Notes under the pieces: generated by a model | Databases searched by the model: none | The model's input: only the letters and a program-made list of their open reading frames with translations | What the model was told of the DNA's origin: nothing | Source of the DNA: Opitutia bacterium | GTDB lineage: Bacteria; Verrucomicrobiota; Verrucomicrobiia; Opitutales; T3Sed10-336 | Direction of reading: 5' to 3' | DNA: 64,000 nt | Assembly: GCA_050506795.1 (NCBI GenBank) | Contig: JBJHCF010000022.1 | Location: 20,045-84,044, forward strand | In this document: one piece after another, positions 29,424 to 39,320 of the stretch | Position numbering within the stretch: position 1 is the stretch's first letter | How the letters are laid out: the number at the start of each line of letters is the position of its first letter | Translations under genes and position numbers: made by a program

Positions 29424-29984
29424 TCACATCGACATCAACTCCGTTTCCTTGCGTTCGAAATGTTCGTCGATCTCCTTGATGTGTTTGTCGGTGAGGGTCT
29501 GGACCTCCTTTTCAAACCGCTTCAGGTCGTCCTCGGATATTTCGCCGTTTTTTTGTTCGCTCTTTAAGATTTCCAAGGCGTCCCGGCGTGCGTGACGAAT
29601 GGATACGCGGCCCTCCTCGGCCAGGTTCTGAGCCACCTTGGTCAGTTCCTTACGGCGTTCACGGCTCAACTCGGGAATCGGCAGGCGAATGATGCCTCCG
29701 TCGGTCGCCGGGGTAATTCCGACCTTCGAAGTCTGGATTGCCTTTTCGATGTCCCTGATCACCGTTTTGTCCCAAGGCTGGATCTGGATGGTTCGGGCGT
29801 CGGGCGTAGTGATGGCGGCGACTTCCTTTAAGCGCATCTGACTGCCGTAAACCTCGACCATGAGTCCTTCTACCATGGTCGGCGAGGCTTTGCCGGTGTG
29901 GAGGGCGCTGAATTCGCTCAACGTGTGATCGACCGCCTTTTTCATTTTGGCGATCATGGATTTGATGGCGGAATGGTCGCTCAT
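29424..29984 (-). CDS. frr: Ribosome recycling factor
   Basis: TGKASP, IQPWD, IEKAI, PELSRERRKELTK, ISEDD; directly downstream of pyrH. Confidence 0.97.
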   Translation of the reverse strand: MSDHSAIKSMIAKMKKAVDHTLSEFSALHTGKASPTMVEGLMVEVYGSQMRLKEVAAITTPDARTIQIQPWDKTVIRDIEKAIQTSKVGITPATDGGIIRLPIPELSRERRKELTKVAQNLAEEGRVSIRHARRDALEILKSEQKNGEISEDDLKRFEKEVQTLTDKHIKEIDEHFERKETELMSM

Positions 29985-30026
29985 AATCTATGAAGTTTCG
30001 GAGACGGATTCGATGACGGTCGCGGA

Positions 30027-30770
30027 TCAGAAATTATGCACCAGGGTGCCAATCTTCTCACCTTCCACCACCCGGCGGATGGCGTGTTCTTCGTTCATGT
30101 TGAAAACGATAATGGGTACATTGTTGTCGAGGCAAAGCGAAAAGGCGGTCGAGTCCATCACGTTCAAGCGCTGCTTGAGGGCGGAAATAAAGGAGAGCTC
30201 CTCGTAGCGCACGGCATCTTCGTGGGAAGCCGGATCCTTGTCGTAGACGCCGTCGACTTTGGTGGCCTTGAGCAGGACCTGGGCGCCGATCTCACTGGCC
30301 CGCAGGGCGGCGGTGGTATCGGTGGAGAAATAGGGGTTGCCGGTGCCGGATACAAATATGACCACCCGTCCTTTTTCCAGATGTCGAACGGCCCGGCGCA
30401 GGATAAAGGGCTCCGCCAGTTGATTCATGGGAATGGAGCTCATGACCCGGGTGACCACCCCCATTTTTTCCAGGCAGTCCATGAAGGCCAGGCCGTTGAT
30501 GACGGTGGCCAGCATTCCCATATAGTCGCCGGTGGTGCGGTCCACGCCCCGGCCCTGTCCGGCGAGGCCGCGAAAAATGTTGCCGCCGCCGATGACGACG
30601 CCGATTTCGATGCCCATTTCGTAGATTTCTTTTATCTGGCAGCTGATGCTCTCGAGGATATCCGGATCGATGGCTTCGCCGCCGCTGGGGCTGCGAAGGA
30701 CTTCGCCACTCAACTTCAGGATGATCCGGCGGTAGCGGACGGAGGACATTGCGCTGGTGTCTGGCTGCAT
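30027..30770 (-). CDS. pyrH: UMP kinase
   Basis: [39 protein letters not shown]. Confidence 0.97.
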   Translation of the reverse strand: MQPDTSAMSSVRYRRIILKLSGEVLRSPSGGEAIDPDILESISCQIKEIYEMGIEIGVVIGGGNIFRGLAGQGRGVDRTTGDYMGMLATVINGLAFMDCLEKMGVVTRVMSSIPMNQLAEPFILRRAVRHLEKGRVVIFVSGTGNPYFSTDTTAALRASEIGAQVLLKATKVDGVYDKDPASHEDAVRYEELSFISALKQRLNVMDSTAFSLCLDNNVPIIVFNMNEEHAIRRVVEGEKIGTLVHNF

Positions 30771-30874
30771 CAAGCCGATTATGTAGAGCGACTTTGGAAA
30801 GAGAGTCAACTCTCGCGGCACGGTTAAACGATCGCGAACGGCCGATTTCCGGTCGCCGCCGGCCAGCCAGCCGT

Positions 30875-31705
30875 TCACACGGGCCGGCGACCGGGTTCGG
30901 GGCCGGTGTCGGGAACGATCTTTTTCAACGCCTTCCTGGTCCTGGCAAAGGCTTCCACGGGTTTGAGCGGCCAGATTTCAACAGGCAGGCATTCGGCGTG
31001 GTGGAGCAGGGGTGGGTCTTCGGGTTGGGGGAGGTGATGCGACGGCAGAAGGTCGGAGTGAAACTCTTCCAGTTCAGCCTCTTGCAGTGTCCAGGGCTGG
31101 TGATGAATCCGGCAACGGTAGAGCCGTCCGCGGTGTTCGGTGTAAAGACAATAGCGTTCTGTAAGAAAGAAGGCCAGCGATCCCGGTTCGGACGCCGGGA
31201 CGGGGGAGCCGGGTCGCCAGCGCGCCAGGAATTCGGCCGAAGGGGCGTTTTCGTGGTTGCGACGCGATCGATAGGTGATCCGGCCGGAATCTTCGGACAG
31301 AGAAATCTCCGCGGAAAAATAGGGCAGGTGGTAGAAGCGCCTGGCGGCCCAGACGGCCAGCGGTTTGGAGGCATCGAGGGAAAAGAAGTACACTCCCGGA
31401 ATTCCGTCGCGGTGAACGTAGGTGCGCACGTTCAGTTCGTGAAAGGCGCTGAGTCCCGGCAGGGCTGGCGTGAGCACCGTCCGGATGTCCCACATGGTAA
31501 AGGGCACCAAGCCGATCCAGGCTTCGCCGTTGAAGGTGTCGATCGAAAGGGATTCGGGAACCAGCGAACGCAGACGAGCGGCGGGAATGGGCCAGTGCAT
31601 GAAAAGCAGCTTGCCCCATTTCTGGCGCATTACCGGGAAACCGCGGGGCCTCGTCCTGATGCTGATCCGATCCATGTCGGTTGGCTCATCCGGAGTTCCC
31701 GCCAC
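30875..31705 (-). CDS. DUF2071 / YqjF family protein
   Basis: [47 protein letters not shown]. Confidence 0.9.
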   Translation of the reverse strand: MAGTPDEPTDMDRISIRTRPRGFPVMRQKWGKLLFMHWPIPAARLRSLVPESLSIDTFNGEAWIGLVPFTMWDIRTVLTPALPGLSAFHELNVRTYVHRDGIPGVYFFSLDASKPLAVWAARRFYHLPYFSAEISLSEDSGRITYRSRRNHENAPSAEFLARWRPGSPVPASEPGSLAFFLTERYCLYTEHRGRLYRCRIHHQPWTLQEAELEEFHSDLLPSHHLPQPEDPPLLHHAECLPVEIWPLKPVEAFARTRKALKKIVPDTGPEPGRRPV

Positions 31706-31723
31706 AACCGGACGCGCGGGAAA

Positions 31724-32473
31724 TTACCGTCCCTGTTGTTGCGGTTGGTTCATGCTGCGGTAGCGAAGGGTGGCGATGATCGCGCCGCGGTCGATGCCCT
31801 CGAAGTCGGGGATGTTTTCCACCTCGCGCTGGGTCAATTGTACCAGCACCTGCATTTCCTCCTGAAGTTCCTGCCTGCGTTCCCGAAGACGCTGGAATTC
31901 CGGGGAATCGTGGTCGGTCGTGGTCCACAGACCCTGGCGTATGTCCTGGAATTCCTGGTAATATTCGCTGATGTGTTCGTCGATGGCACGAAGGCGCGGA
32001 TTCTGCCGGGAATGGGTGTCCCAGGTGTTCAGGATATATTGCATGCGCTCTTCGGGGTTGCGTTGTTCTTCGCGTACTCCGCCATAGGCCGGCCGCAGTC
32101 CGGAGGTCGCGGCCCCGGTTGGTTCCTCGGTGCTCATGGGGACGATTTCCGCATCGCTCAGACCGATGCGCCGCGTCCGGTCTCCGTACCGAGCCACGAT
32201 CTGGTTGGTTTCCCTCGAGTACTCGATCACCTGAACCCCGTGGCGGGTCTCGTTCAGGTAAATCCAGAAACTGAGATCCCGGACCGGATCGCGCAGGCTG
32301 AATTGGGGGCGGCCCCCGATGGAGAAAACGCTGCGGAGTTCCAGATTGTTGAGAACGTCGCCGCCACTGGAGCGGGCGGGCTGAGCATCCGCGATCAGTG
32401 CGGGAATTGTCATCAGCACACCGAACAGGGCGGCGATTCGACCGAGATTCAGTAATGAAGTGTGCAGGCGCAT
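31724..32473 (-). CDS. Hypothetical exported protein: N-terminal beta domain reminiscent of GspC-HR/PilP, C-terminal coiled coil
   Basis: Signal/TM segment, LELRSVFSIGGRPQFSLRD...W...GVQVIEY, E/Q/R-rich helical tail; start trimmed to ATG 32473. Confidence 0.6.
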   Translation of the reverse strand: MRLHTSLLNLGRIAALFGVLMTIPALIADAQPARSSGGDVLNNLELRSVFSIGGRPQFSLRDPVRDLSFWIYLNETRHGVQVIEYSRETNQIVARYGDRTRRIGLSDAEIVPMSTEEPTGAATSGLRPAYGGVREEQRNPEERMQYILNTWDTHSRQNPRLRAIDEHISEYYQEFQDIRQGLWTTTDHDSPEFQRLRERRQELQEEMQVLVQLTQREVENIPDFEGIDRGAIIATLRYRSMNQPQQQGR

Positions 32474-32615
32474 AGCGGTGTGAAACCAGTGAAATCCACT
32501 TTCACCCGATACTTTACTTGAAATCGGTCGAAAATGCCATGGCTTTTTTGAGTCATGACACTTGTTTTCGACCGGCAAGTCTGGTTTGATCCGGAAAAGG
32601 ACTCGAAGTGAAACC

Positions 32616-33491
32616 ATGAGAGATATCCTGGAAACACCCCGTCTGGGGCTCGCGGCGGCGACAGCGGTGGCCACGTTGGTTGGGCTGGCCATCGGTTGGG
32701 GCTTGAGCACTCTGACACGGGAGGAACAGGAGGTTTCCGGGTTAAACGACCTGCCGGAATTCGCCCCACCCGAGGAATCCGATCATTCCTCGCCGCAGGA
32801 TCTGGATTACGCCGCCATGTTGGAGGCGTTCGCCGCCGCGGGGATACGGATCGTTCCGGAAAGCCTGTTGGAACGACTGGACGCGCCGGCGGTGGGTGCG
32901 GACGGTCGTTTGACCGAACCTCTGATCGATGCATTACTCTTGAGTGAGACGGAAGCGGAAGAATTGAACCGGGCTCTGGCGGAAACCGAGATCCGTTTGC
33001 GGATGATAGAACTCGATCGCCTGCAGGTGGTTGAGCGTTCGGCCGACCGGTTGCTGGTTCGCATTGAAGCGTATCGCGACGAGGGAGTCGGGGTCGAACG
33101 AATGCTGCGCGAGCGTATTGCCGCGGCCATCGGACAGATCGACGGGGAGCTTTTCTGGAATCTGATGACCCGCGAATTGCCGTCGACCGGAATGGATTAC
33201 TGGGGGGGCTTTGGACGCGAGTCGGTGGCGGCGTTATTTGAAAGAGAAATCATCGACGAGGACGACAACGGGCAAACGGTGGAAATCCGTTTTGGCCTGC
33301 GTCCGCTCGAACCGGAGGCGGGCTACCCTGAGATTGCCCGCGACGACGAGGCGGATGGCGTGATCCGATTACGGGTGGGCGAGGGGAGTTCCCCTCCGGA
33401 CAATGCCTGGGTGATGCTGACCGGTCGCTACGCTTACCTTCACCAGTTTTTACCCCCGGGTTGGGAGCTCTACTTTCCGCCGCAATCATGA
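32616..33491 (+). CDS. Hypothetical membrane-anchored protein (paralog 1)
   Basis: N-terminal TM helix, acidic body, clear similarity to the next ORF; ATGA overlap with it. Confidence 0.75.
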   Translation: MRDILETPRLGLAAATAVATLVGLAIGWGLSTLTREEQEVSGLNDLPEFAPPEESDHSSPQDLDYAAMLEAFAAAGIRIVPESLLERLDAPAVGADGRLTEPLIDALLLSETEAEELNRALAETEIRLRMIELDRLQVVERSADRLLVRIEAYRDEGVGVERMLRERIAAAIGQIDGELFWNLMTRELPSTGMDYWGGFGRESVAALFEREIIDEDDNGQTVEIRFGLRPLEPEAGYPEIARDDEADGVIRLRVGEGSSPPDNAWVMLTGRYAYLHQFLPPGWELYFPPQS

Positions 33492-34405
33492 AAACGGACG
33501 TCACGGATAAATCCACCAGCGAGGCGGGTCGGGGAAAACGCGAGTTTTTTGTGGTCGTGGCCGCCGGCCTGTTGATCGGAATCCTGCTGGGGTGGTGGGG
33601 CGAACGCACGGCGCGAGGAGGGATCGAACGCGCGGATCCGGTCGTCGGCGAGGTGCGGGAACCGGTCGACCTTGTTCCGGAAGACGACGGCGACCGCCTG
33701 ATGCGCGCCTGGATGGAAAGTCTGGCCGGCATGGGCCGCCGGGTCGTGCCGGAGCGTACCGTGGTCCGCCTGGCGATTCGTCCCCTGACCGAGGCCGGCG
33801 AGGTGAGCCACGCCTGCCGGGAGTTATTCCTGCTAACCTCCGAGGAGACGGATCGGGTCAACGGGCTGATTGCAGAAATGGAGGAGAGATTGTTATTGGC
33901 GGAAATGATGCACCTGGAGATTCTGGATATGAGTGACCATGAAGCCGTGTTTCTGATACCCGTGCTCGACGAAGGCGTGGAGATCGAGCACACCTTGAGG
34001 GACGGGCTGCTGGAGATCCTGGGCGAAGCCGATGGAAACCTCTTTTGGGCCCTGTTGCAGGCCCGTGAAAGGGAGGGTTTTCCGGATCGCTGGCGGGGGT
34101 TTGGGCAACGGGAGCGGGAGATTGTCTTTTCGCTGAGCGATGGAGACCCGAGGGAGTTTTCCGCGGATCCGGTTCCGGGGGAGGTTGTGGGGTGGTTGCG
34201 CTACGCGGAGCGGGTTTCGGACGATCCTTTGTGGTTTAGCGATAGCACCGCCGTGCCCCGGGTCGAGGTCAAACGGGTCAGGCCGTTGCTACTGGAGAAC
34301 GAGTCGGACGGGGAAGGCGAATCCCGGTTTTTCGATCCTCGCCGGGAGCGGTACGGCTTCCTGGTACCGCTCCTTCCGGATCCCCTCAGGCCTTACTTTC
34401 AGTAG
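33488..34405 (+). CDS. Hypothetical membrane-anchored protein (paralog 2)
   Basis: N-terminal TM helix; shares DEGV.E..LR, DG.LFW.L, W.GFG and RY..L...LP motifs with the upstream ORF. Confidence 0.75.
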   Translation: MKTDVTDKSTSEAGRGKREFFVVVAAGLLIGILLGWWGERTARGGIERADPVVGEVREPVDLVPEDDGDRLMRAWMESLAGMGRRVVPERTVVRLAIRPLTEAGEVSHACRELFLLTSEETDRVNGLIAEMEERLLLAEMMHLEILDMSDHEAVFLIPVLDEGVEIEHTLRDGLLEILGEADGNLFWALLQAREREGFPDRWRGFGQREREIVFSLSDGDPREFSADPVPGEVVGWLRYAERVSDDPLWFSDSTAVPRVEVKRVRPLLLENESDGEGESRFFDPRRERYGFLVPLLPDPLRPYFQ

Positions 34406-34479
34406 CGTTCCCGACCGGGACGAGGGTGGGGGAAACAGTGCTTGATTCGGGACGGGGCGCTCGCCAGATTCGACCTTTT

Positions 34480-36027
34480 ATGCGGTCCACCATTTCAGAG
34501 CAACCCTTGCTGCAGGCACGCGGAATAGGCAAAGCATTCGGTGTGGTGCGAGTGCTGGAGCGGGTGGATTTCGACCTCCGCGCCGGAGAGGTACACTCGC
34601 TCCTGGGGGAGAACGGTGCGGGTAAATCGACCTTGCTCAAGATTATCGGGGGCGTGCATCGGGCCGATCAGGGGGAGTTGGTGTACCGGGGGGAACCGGT
34701 GACCATTGATCATCCGCAAAAGGCTCGCGAACTGGGTATTGCTTTGATTCACCAGGAGCCGCTGACCTTTCCCGATCTCGATGTGGCGGAGAATATTTTT
34801 CTGGGGCACGGCGCCACCTGGATGTCGCGTTTTTTCCCGATCAGGTGGAAAGACCGATACCGTGAGGCCCGTCGCTTGCTCGACGAACTGGGGGTGCGTC
34901 TCGACCCCCGTGCCCGGGTACACGGTCTTTCCACGGCGGACCAACAAATGGTGGAAATGGCCGGAGCACTGTCGCAGAACGCCCGCATCCTGCTCATGGA
35001 CGAGCCCACCGCCTCGCTGACGCCGGAGGAAACCCGGGAACTGTTCCGCATCGTTCAGCGGCTGCGCGAGCAGGGAACCGCCATTGTGTTCATTAGTCAC
35101 CGGCTTGAGGAGGTCTTCTCCTTGTCCGATCGCATCACCGTTCTCCGCGACGGAGAATTCGTCGCCACCCGCCGGAAGGAGGAAACGTCCGTTGAGGAAG
35201 TCATTCGTATGATGGTGGGACGTCCTCTGGGGAAATTCTACGAACGCGACGAGGCCATACCGGGGAAATCCCTGTTGAAGGTCGAGAACCTCGGTCGCGG
35301 TCGCAGGTTTTCCGGGGTGTCCTTCGAGGTACGGGCCGGCGAGATCGTGGGCATGGCAGGCCTGGTCGGGGCCGGCCGGACCGATGTCGCTGCGGCCATT
35401 TTCGGCATCCGCCCGGCCGATACGGGAAAAATCGAGATCCGCGGCGAGGCGGTGAGGATCGACAATCCCGCGCAGGCCATTCGCCTGAAACTGGCCTATG
35501 TGCCGGAGGACCGGCAGCATCACGGTTTGGTGCTGCCGTTTTCAGTGGCCAGAAACGTCACCATGGCCAGCCTGCGGCGCCTGTTTCCCCGGGGGTGGCT
35601 GCGTCCGCCGCGGGAAAAGGAACTGGCGGAAGATTACCGCAAACGCCTTTCCATCAATCTGCGCGATACCTCCCAGCCGGCCTGGGAACTGTCCGGAGGA
35701 AATCAGCAAAAGGTGGTGCTTTCCAAGTGGCTGGTTACGGAACCGGAAATTCTGATACTGGATGAGCCCACTCGCGGCATCGATGTCGGGGCCAAACAAG
35801 AGGTGCACCACCTCATGGGAGAACTTTGCCGCCAGGGGAAGGCGGTCCTGATGATCTCCTCGGACCTCCCCGAGGTCCTGGCTTTGAGCGATCGCATCCT
35901 GGTGATGCGGGAAGGGCGATTGACCGGGCATTTCCGGCGTGAGGACGCGACCGCGGAGAATGTGATGGCGGCGGCGACGGGTCAGTCCCTGCCCGGCGAA
36001 AATGGAACACCGGTTTCATCCGGGTAA
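34480..36027 (+). CDS. Monosaccharide ABC transporter ATP-binding protein (RbsA/RhaT-like)
   Basis: GENGAGKST, MDEPT, YVPEDR, LSGGNQQK, DEPTRGIDVGAK. Confidence 0.96.
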   Translation: MRSTISEQPLLQARGIGKAFGVVRVLERVDFDLRAGEVHSLLGENGAGKSTLLKIIGGVHRADQGELVYRGEPVTIDHPQKARELGIALIHQEPLTFPDLDVAENIFLGHGATWMSRFFPIRWKDRYREARRLLDELGVRLDPRARVHGLSTADQQMVEMAGALSQNARILLMDEPTASLTPEETRELFRIVQRLREQGTAIVFISHRLEEVFSLSDRITVLRDGEFVATRRKEETSVEEVIRMMVGRPLGKFYERDEAIPGKSLLKVENLGRGRRFSGVSFEVRAGEIVGMAGLVGAGRTDVAAAIFGIRPADTGKIEIRGEAVRIDNPAQAIRLKLAYVPEDRQHHGLVLPFSVARNVTMASLRRLFPRGWLRPPREKELAEDYRKRLSINLRDTSQPAWELSGGNQQKVVLSKWLVTEPEILILDEPTRGIDVGAKQEVHHLMGELCRQGKAVLMISSDLPEVLALSDRILVMREGRLTGHFRREDATAENVMAAATGQSLPGENGTPVSSG

Positions 36028-36040
36028 TGCGATCGGAACC

Positions 36041-37075
36041 ATGAGCGATAAGAGCGAGGTGATTGAAGACGAAGTTTCCCGGGGACGTTCTGTGGCTGCG
36101 ACCATACTGCGTTTTCGCGAACTCGGCATCGCCTTTTTTGTGTTGTTGATTGTCGCGGTGGCGGCGCTCAAGGAGCCGCGATTCATCGATCCCGCCAATC
36201 TGCGGAATATTCTTCTCTATATTCCTCTGATTCTCATCGTGGCCATGGGACAGATGATGGTGATTGTCAGCCGCAACATCGATTTGTCCGTCGGTTCCAC
36301 CCTCGCCTTCAGCGCCATCGTCATCGGCTACCTGTTTGTGAATCAACCCGACTTTCCCATCTGGCTGGCGGCCGTTCTGGCCGTACTGATCGGAGCGGCC
36401 CTGGGGGCGGTCAACGGGGCGCTGGTGGCCTGGGTGGGGATTCCGGCAATCATCGTGACCCTGGGGACCATGAGCGTTTATCGAGGCATGGTTTTCATTT
36501 ACAGCGGCGGACGGCAGGTCAGTGGCGCCGACCTGCCCGAGGACCTGATCGATCTCGCCCGGACGTCACCGGTTTTCGGCATCCCCTGGATTCTTATCCT
36601 GGCCCTGATCGTGGTGATCCTGGCGTATTTGTTTTTGCGTTACACCGAAACGGGACGCGAGATCTACGCCATTGGCAGCAATCCGCGGGCGGCTGAACTG
36701 CGCGGCATTCCGGTCAAACTGAACCTTTTTCTCGTGTTCACGATCTGCGGCGCCCTGGCCGGACTGGCGGGAATTCTTTTTGCATCGCGGTTCGGTTACG
36801 TCAATCCCGCCAACACCGGGGTGAACTTCGAATTGATTGTCATTTCCGCCGCCATTATCGGGGGGGCCAACGTTTTCGGAGGCTCGGGAACGGTACTGGG
36901 CACCGTGTTCGGGTGCCTTTTGATCGGGGTGATTCACAACGCGCTGTCGGTGCTCGGGATCTCCGGGTTCTGGCAGACCGCCATTTACGGACTCGCCATT
37001 ATCCTGGCGGTGGCGCTGGACGCCGTTCTGCAACGCAGGCTGGGCAAGCGAAAGGAAGGAGGGGGGCTGCTGTGA
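36041..37075 (+). CDS. Monosaccharide ABC transporter permease (RhaP-like)
   Basis: IDLSVGS, IIVTLG, GREIYAIGSN..AA, ELIVISAAIIGG. Confidence 0.94.
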   Translation: MSDKSEVIEDEVSRGRSVAATILRFRELGIAFFVLLIVAVAALKEPRFIDPANLRNILLYIPLILIVAMGQMMVIVSRNIDLSVGSTLAFSAIVIGYLFVNQPDFPIWLAAVLAVLIGAALGAVNGALVAWVGIPAIIVTLGTMSVYRGMVFIYSGGRQVSGADLPEDLIDLARTSPVFGIPWILILALIVVILAYLFLRYTETGREIYAIGSNPRAAELRGIPVKLNLFLVFTICGALAGLAGILFASRFGYVNPANTGVNFELIVISAAIIGGANVFGGSGTVLGTVFGCLLIGVIHNALSVLGISGFWQTAIYGLAIILAVALDAVLQRRLGKRKEGGGLL

Positions 37076-38046
37076 TCAAAGCTTCGTTCTGGAGACGGCT
37101 TTTGTCGGGGGTCGCGCGGTACCCGGAGTGCGTCACCTTTCTCTTCCTGGTGGCGGCGTTTGTGGTGAGCGCCCGGTTGTCACCGTTCTTTCTCGATGTT
37201 TTCTACATCTTCGACTCGACGTCATATTACGTCGAAATCGGCATCCTGGCCCTGGCGATGACTTTTGTCATCATCACCGGCAACATCGACCTTTCGGTGG
37301 CTTCGGGCCTGGCGCTGGTGGCGATCGTGACGGCCATGCTGCACGTGCAGTTGGGCTTGCCCATGGAGATTGTTATTGTGCTGTCGCTCGGGTTCGGCGC
37401 GCTGCTGGGTTTGTTTAACGGGTTGCTGGTGGTGAAGCTGGGATTGCCTTCGCTGGCGGTTACCCTGGGCACTCTCGCCTTGTTCCGCGGCGCCGCCCAG
37501 ATCCTGGCCGGCGATCATTCGATTTCCGGGTTTCCGGATTGGTTTATTGGAGCGGATTTCGTGCGGTTCGGCGGTATCATCCCATTGCCGCTGATGGTCT
37601 TTATCGGGTTGGCGGCAATTTTCGGGCTGGTGTTGCATAAGACGGTGTTCGGAAGGTACCTCTACGCCATCGGCGCCAACGAGGCGGCGGCCCGTTACGC
37701 GGGTCTGCCGGTGGACCGGGTGAAATTGGCTGTATTTGTCATTTCCGGTCTCATGATGGCGGTTGGCGCGCTCCTAATGGTTTCCCGGCTGAGTGTCGCG
37801 CGCTACGACCTGGCCCTGGGATGGGAGTTGGCGGTCGTCACCACGGTCGTTCTGGGCGGCGTGCATATCTACGGCGGACGCGGCGGCATTATCGGCGTGG
37901 TGCTGGCGCTCTTTGTGATCGGATTTCTCCGCACCGGCATGGGCGTCGCCAACATTCCGCAGGAGAATCAACTCGTGGTCATCGGGCTTTTGCTGTTGGT
38001 TGCGGTCGGCCTGGGAATCCTGCTGGAGCGGTTTCGCAGAAACTGA
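37072..38046 (+). CDS. Monosaccharide ABC transporter permease (RhaQ-like)
   Basis: GTG start overlapping the previous stop; IDLSVAS, GRYLYAIGANEAAA, ELAVVTTVVLGG. Confidence 0.94.
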   Translation: MIKASFWRRLLSGVARYPECVTFLFLVAAFVVSARLSPFFLDVFYIFDSTSYYVEIGILALAMTFVIITGNIDLSVASGLALVAIVTAMLHVQLGLPMEIVIVLSLGFGALLGLFNGLLVVKLGLPSLAVTLGTLALFRGAAQILAGDHSISGFPDWFIGADFVRFGGIIPLPLMVFIGLAAIFGLVLHKTVFGRYLYAIGANEAAARYAGLPVDRVKLAVFVISGLMMAVGALLMVSRLSVARYDLALGWELAVVTTVVLGGVHIYGGRGGIIGVVLALFVIGFLRTGMGVANIPQENQLVVIGLLLLVAVGLGILLERFRRN

Positions 38047-38098
38047 CTTGTTTTACTTCGTGACAATACCCGCGGAAAAACGGTATTAGGTTATTTCC

Positions 38099-38497
38099 AT
38101 GTTGCAGAACGGTATACTCAACCCCGGCCTCCTCAGCCTGTTGGCGAGGGTTCGTCACACCAACCGATTGGTGATCGCTGATTGGGCGTTTCCCTATTGG
38201 CCGGATCTGGAGGTCGTGGACCTCTCTTTGGTTAAAGGCATTCCGACGGTGCCGGATGTGCTCGAGGCCCTGTCCCCGAATTTCAAAATTGGGGGAATTT
38301 GGCAGGCCGAGGAGTTTTTGGCGGAGAATCCACGGGAAACGATCACGCGCTTCGACACCTGTTTCGGCCGGTATCCCGAGGCTCGGATCACCCGGCTTCC
38401 GCACCTGAAGTTCAAGGAAATGGTGCCGGCAGCGATCGGCCTGGTGCGCACCGGAGATCCCACCGCCTATGGCAACGTCATCCTGGAATCGGTCTGA
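38099..38497 (+). CDS. RbsD/FucU family sugar pyranase/mutarotase
   Basis: GILNP.L, HT..LVIAD..FP, VRTGD.T.YGNVILES. Confidence 0.9.
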   Translation: MLQNGILNPGLLSLLARVRHTNRLVIADWAFPYWPDLEVVDLSLVKGIPTVPDVLEALSPNFKIGGIWQAEEFLAENPRETITRFDTCFGRYPEARITRLPHLKFKEMVPAAIGLVRTGDPTAYGNVILESV

Positions 38498-38501
38498 GTC
38501 C

Positions 38502-39320
38502 ATGAGGAGCGCCGTTACCGTCTGTCAGGTTCCCGAAGCGTCGGCCGGGCCCTTTGTATTGCACGATCCGTTGCCGGACGCGTTTGCGAAGGCGGCCTCG
38601 TACGGATTCGACGCGGTTGAGCTCTTTCTTCCATCGGCGGACGATGTTCCGGTTGACCGGATTAAGGAACTGACCGAAACACATGCAATCGGAATCGCGG
38701 CCGTAGGCACGGGCGCCGGCATGGTCCGCGAGAAGCTCTCACTTACTGACCCGTCTCCGCTGCGACGGTCGGAGGCGCTCGAGTTCGTGTTGCGGTTTAT
38801 TGCGTTCGCCGGACAACTCGGGGCGCCCGCGATTCTGGGTTCGATGCAGGGCGCGTGGAACCGGGAGGTTTCCAAGGCGGAGGCGCTGAAATTCCTGGAA
38901 CAGGCCCTGCGACGCTGCGGAGAGGAAGCGCGCCGCTTCGGAGTACCCTTTATTTACGAGCCTTTAAACCGGTATGAAACGAACTTGATCAATCGTCTGG
39001 AGGACGGCAGGCGCTTCCTCGAGGAGAACGGTCTGGCGAATGTCCTTCTGCTGGCCGATCTTTTTCATATGAACATCGAGGAATCCAGCCTGCCGGGCGC
39101 GCTGCGCGAATCGGGGGCGGCGATCGGGCACGTGCACTTTGCCGATTCCAACCGGCGGGCGATGGGGCTCGGGCACACCGATCCCGTCCCGGTGATAGAG
39201 GCGCTGAGGGAAATCGGATATGACGGGTATTTGTCCGCTGAAATTTTTCCGCTTCCCGATTCCGACACCGCGTGCCGTCAGACCATCGATCAAATACACC
39301 GTCTGAATATTACCAAATGA
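38502..39320 (+). CDS. Sugar epimerase/isomerase (D-tagatose 3-epimerase / 5-keto-L-gluconate epimerase-like)
   Basis: YEPLNRYETNLIN, DLFHMNIEE, HVHFADSNR, SAE. Confidence 0.88.
   Translation: MRSAVTVCQVPEASAGPFVLHDPLPDAFAKAASYGFDAVELFLPSADDVPVDRIKELTETHAIGIAAVGTGAGMVREKLSLTDPSPLRRSEALEFVLRFIAFAGQLGAPAILGSMQGAWNREVSKAEALKFLEQALRRCGEEARRFGVPFIYEPLNRYETNLINRLEDGRRFLEENGLANVLLLADLFHMNIEESSLPGALRESGAAIGHVHFADSNRRAMGLGHTDPVPVIEALREIGYDGYLSAEIFPLPDSDTACRQTIDQIHRLNITK

Noticed and set aside
30749..32455. 568-aa plus-strand ORF
   Set aside because: Antisense to the DUF2071 gene and the hypothetical exported protein; no motifs.
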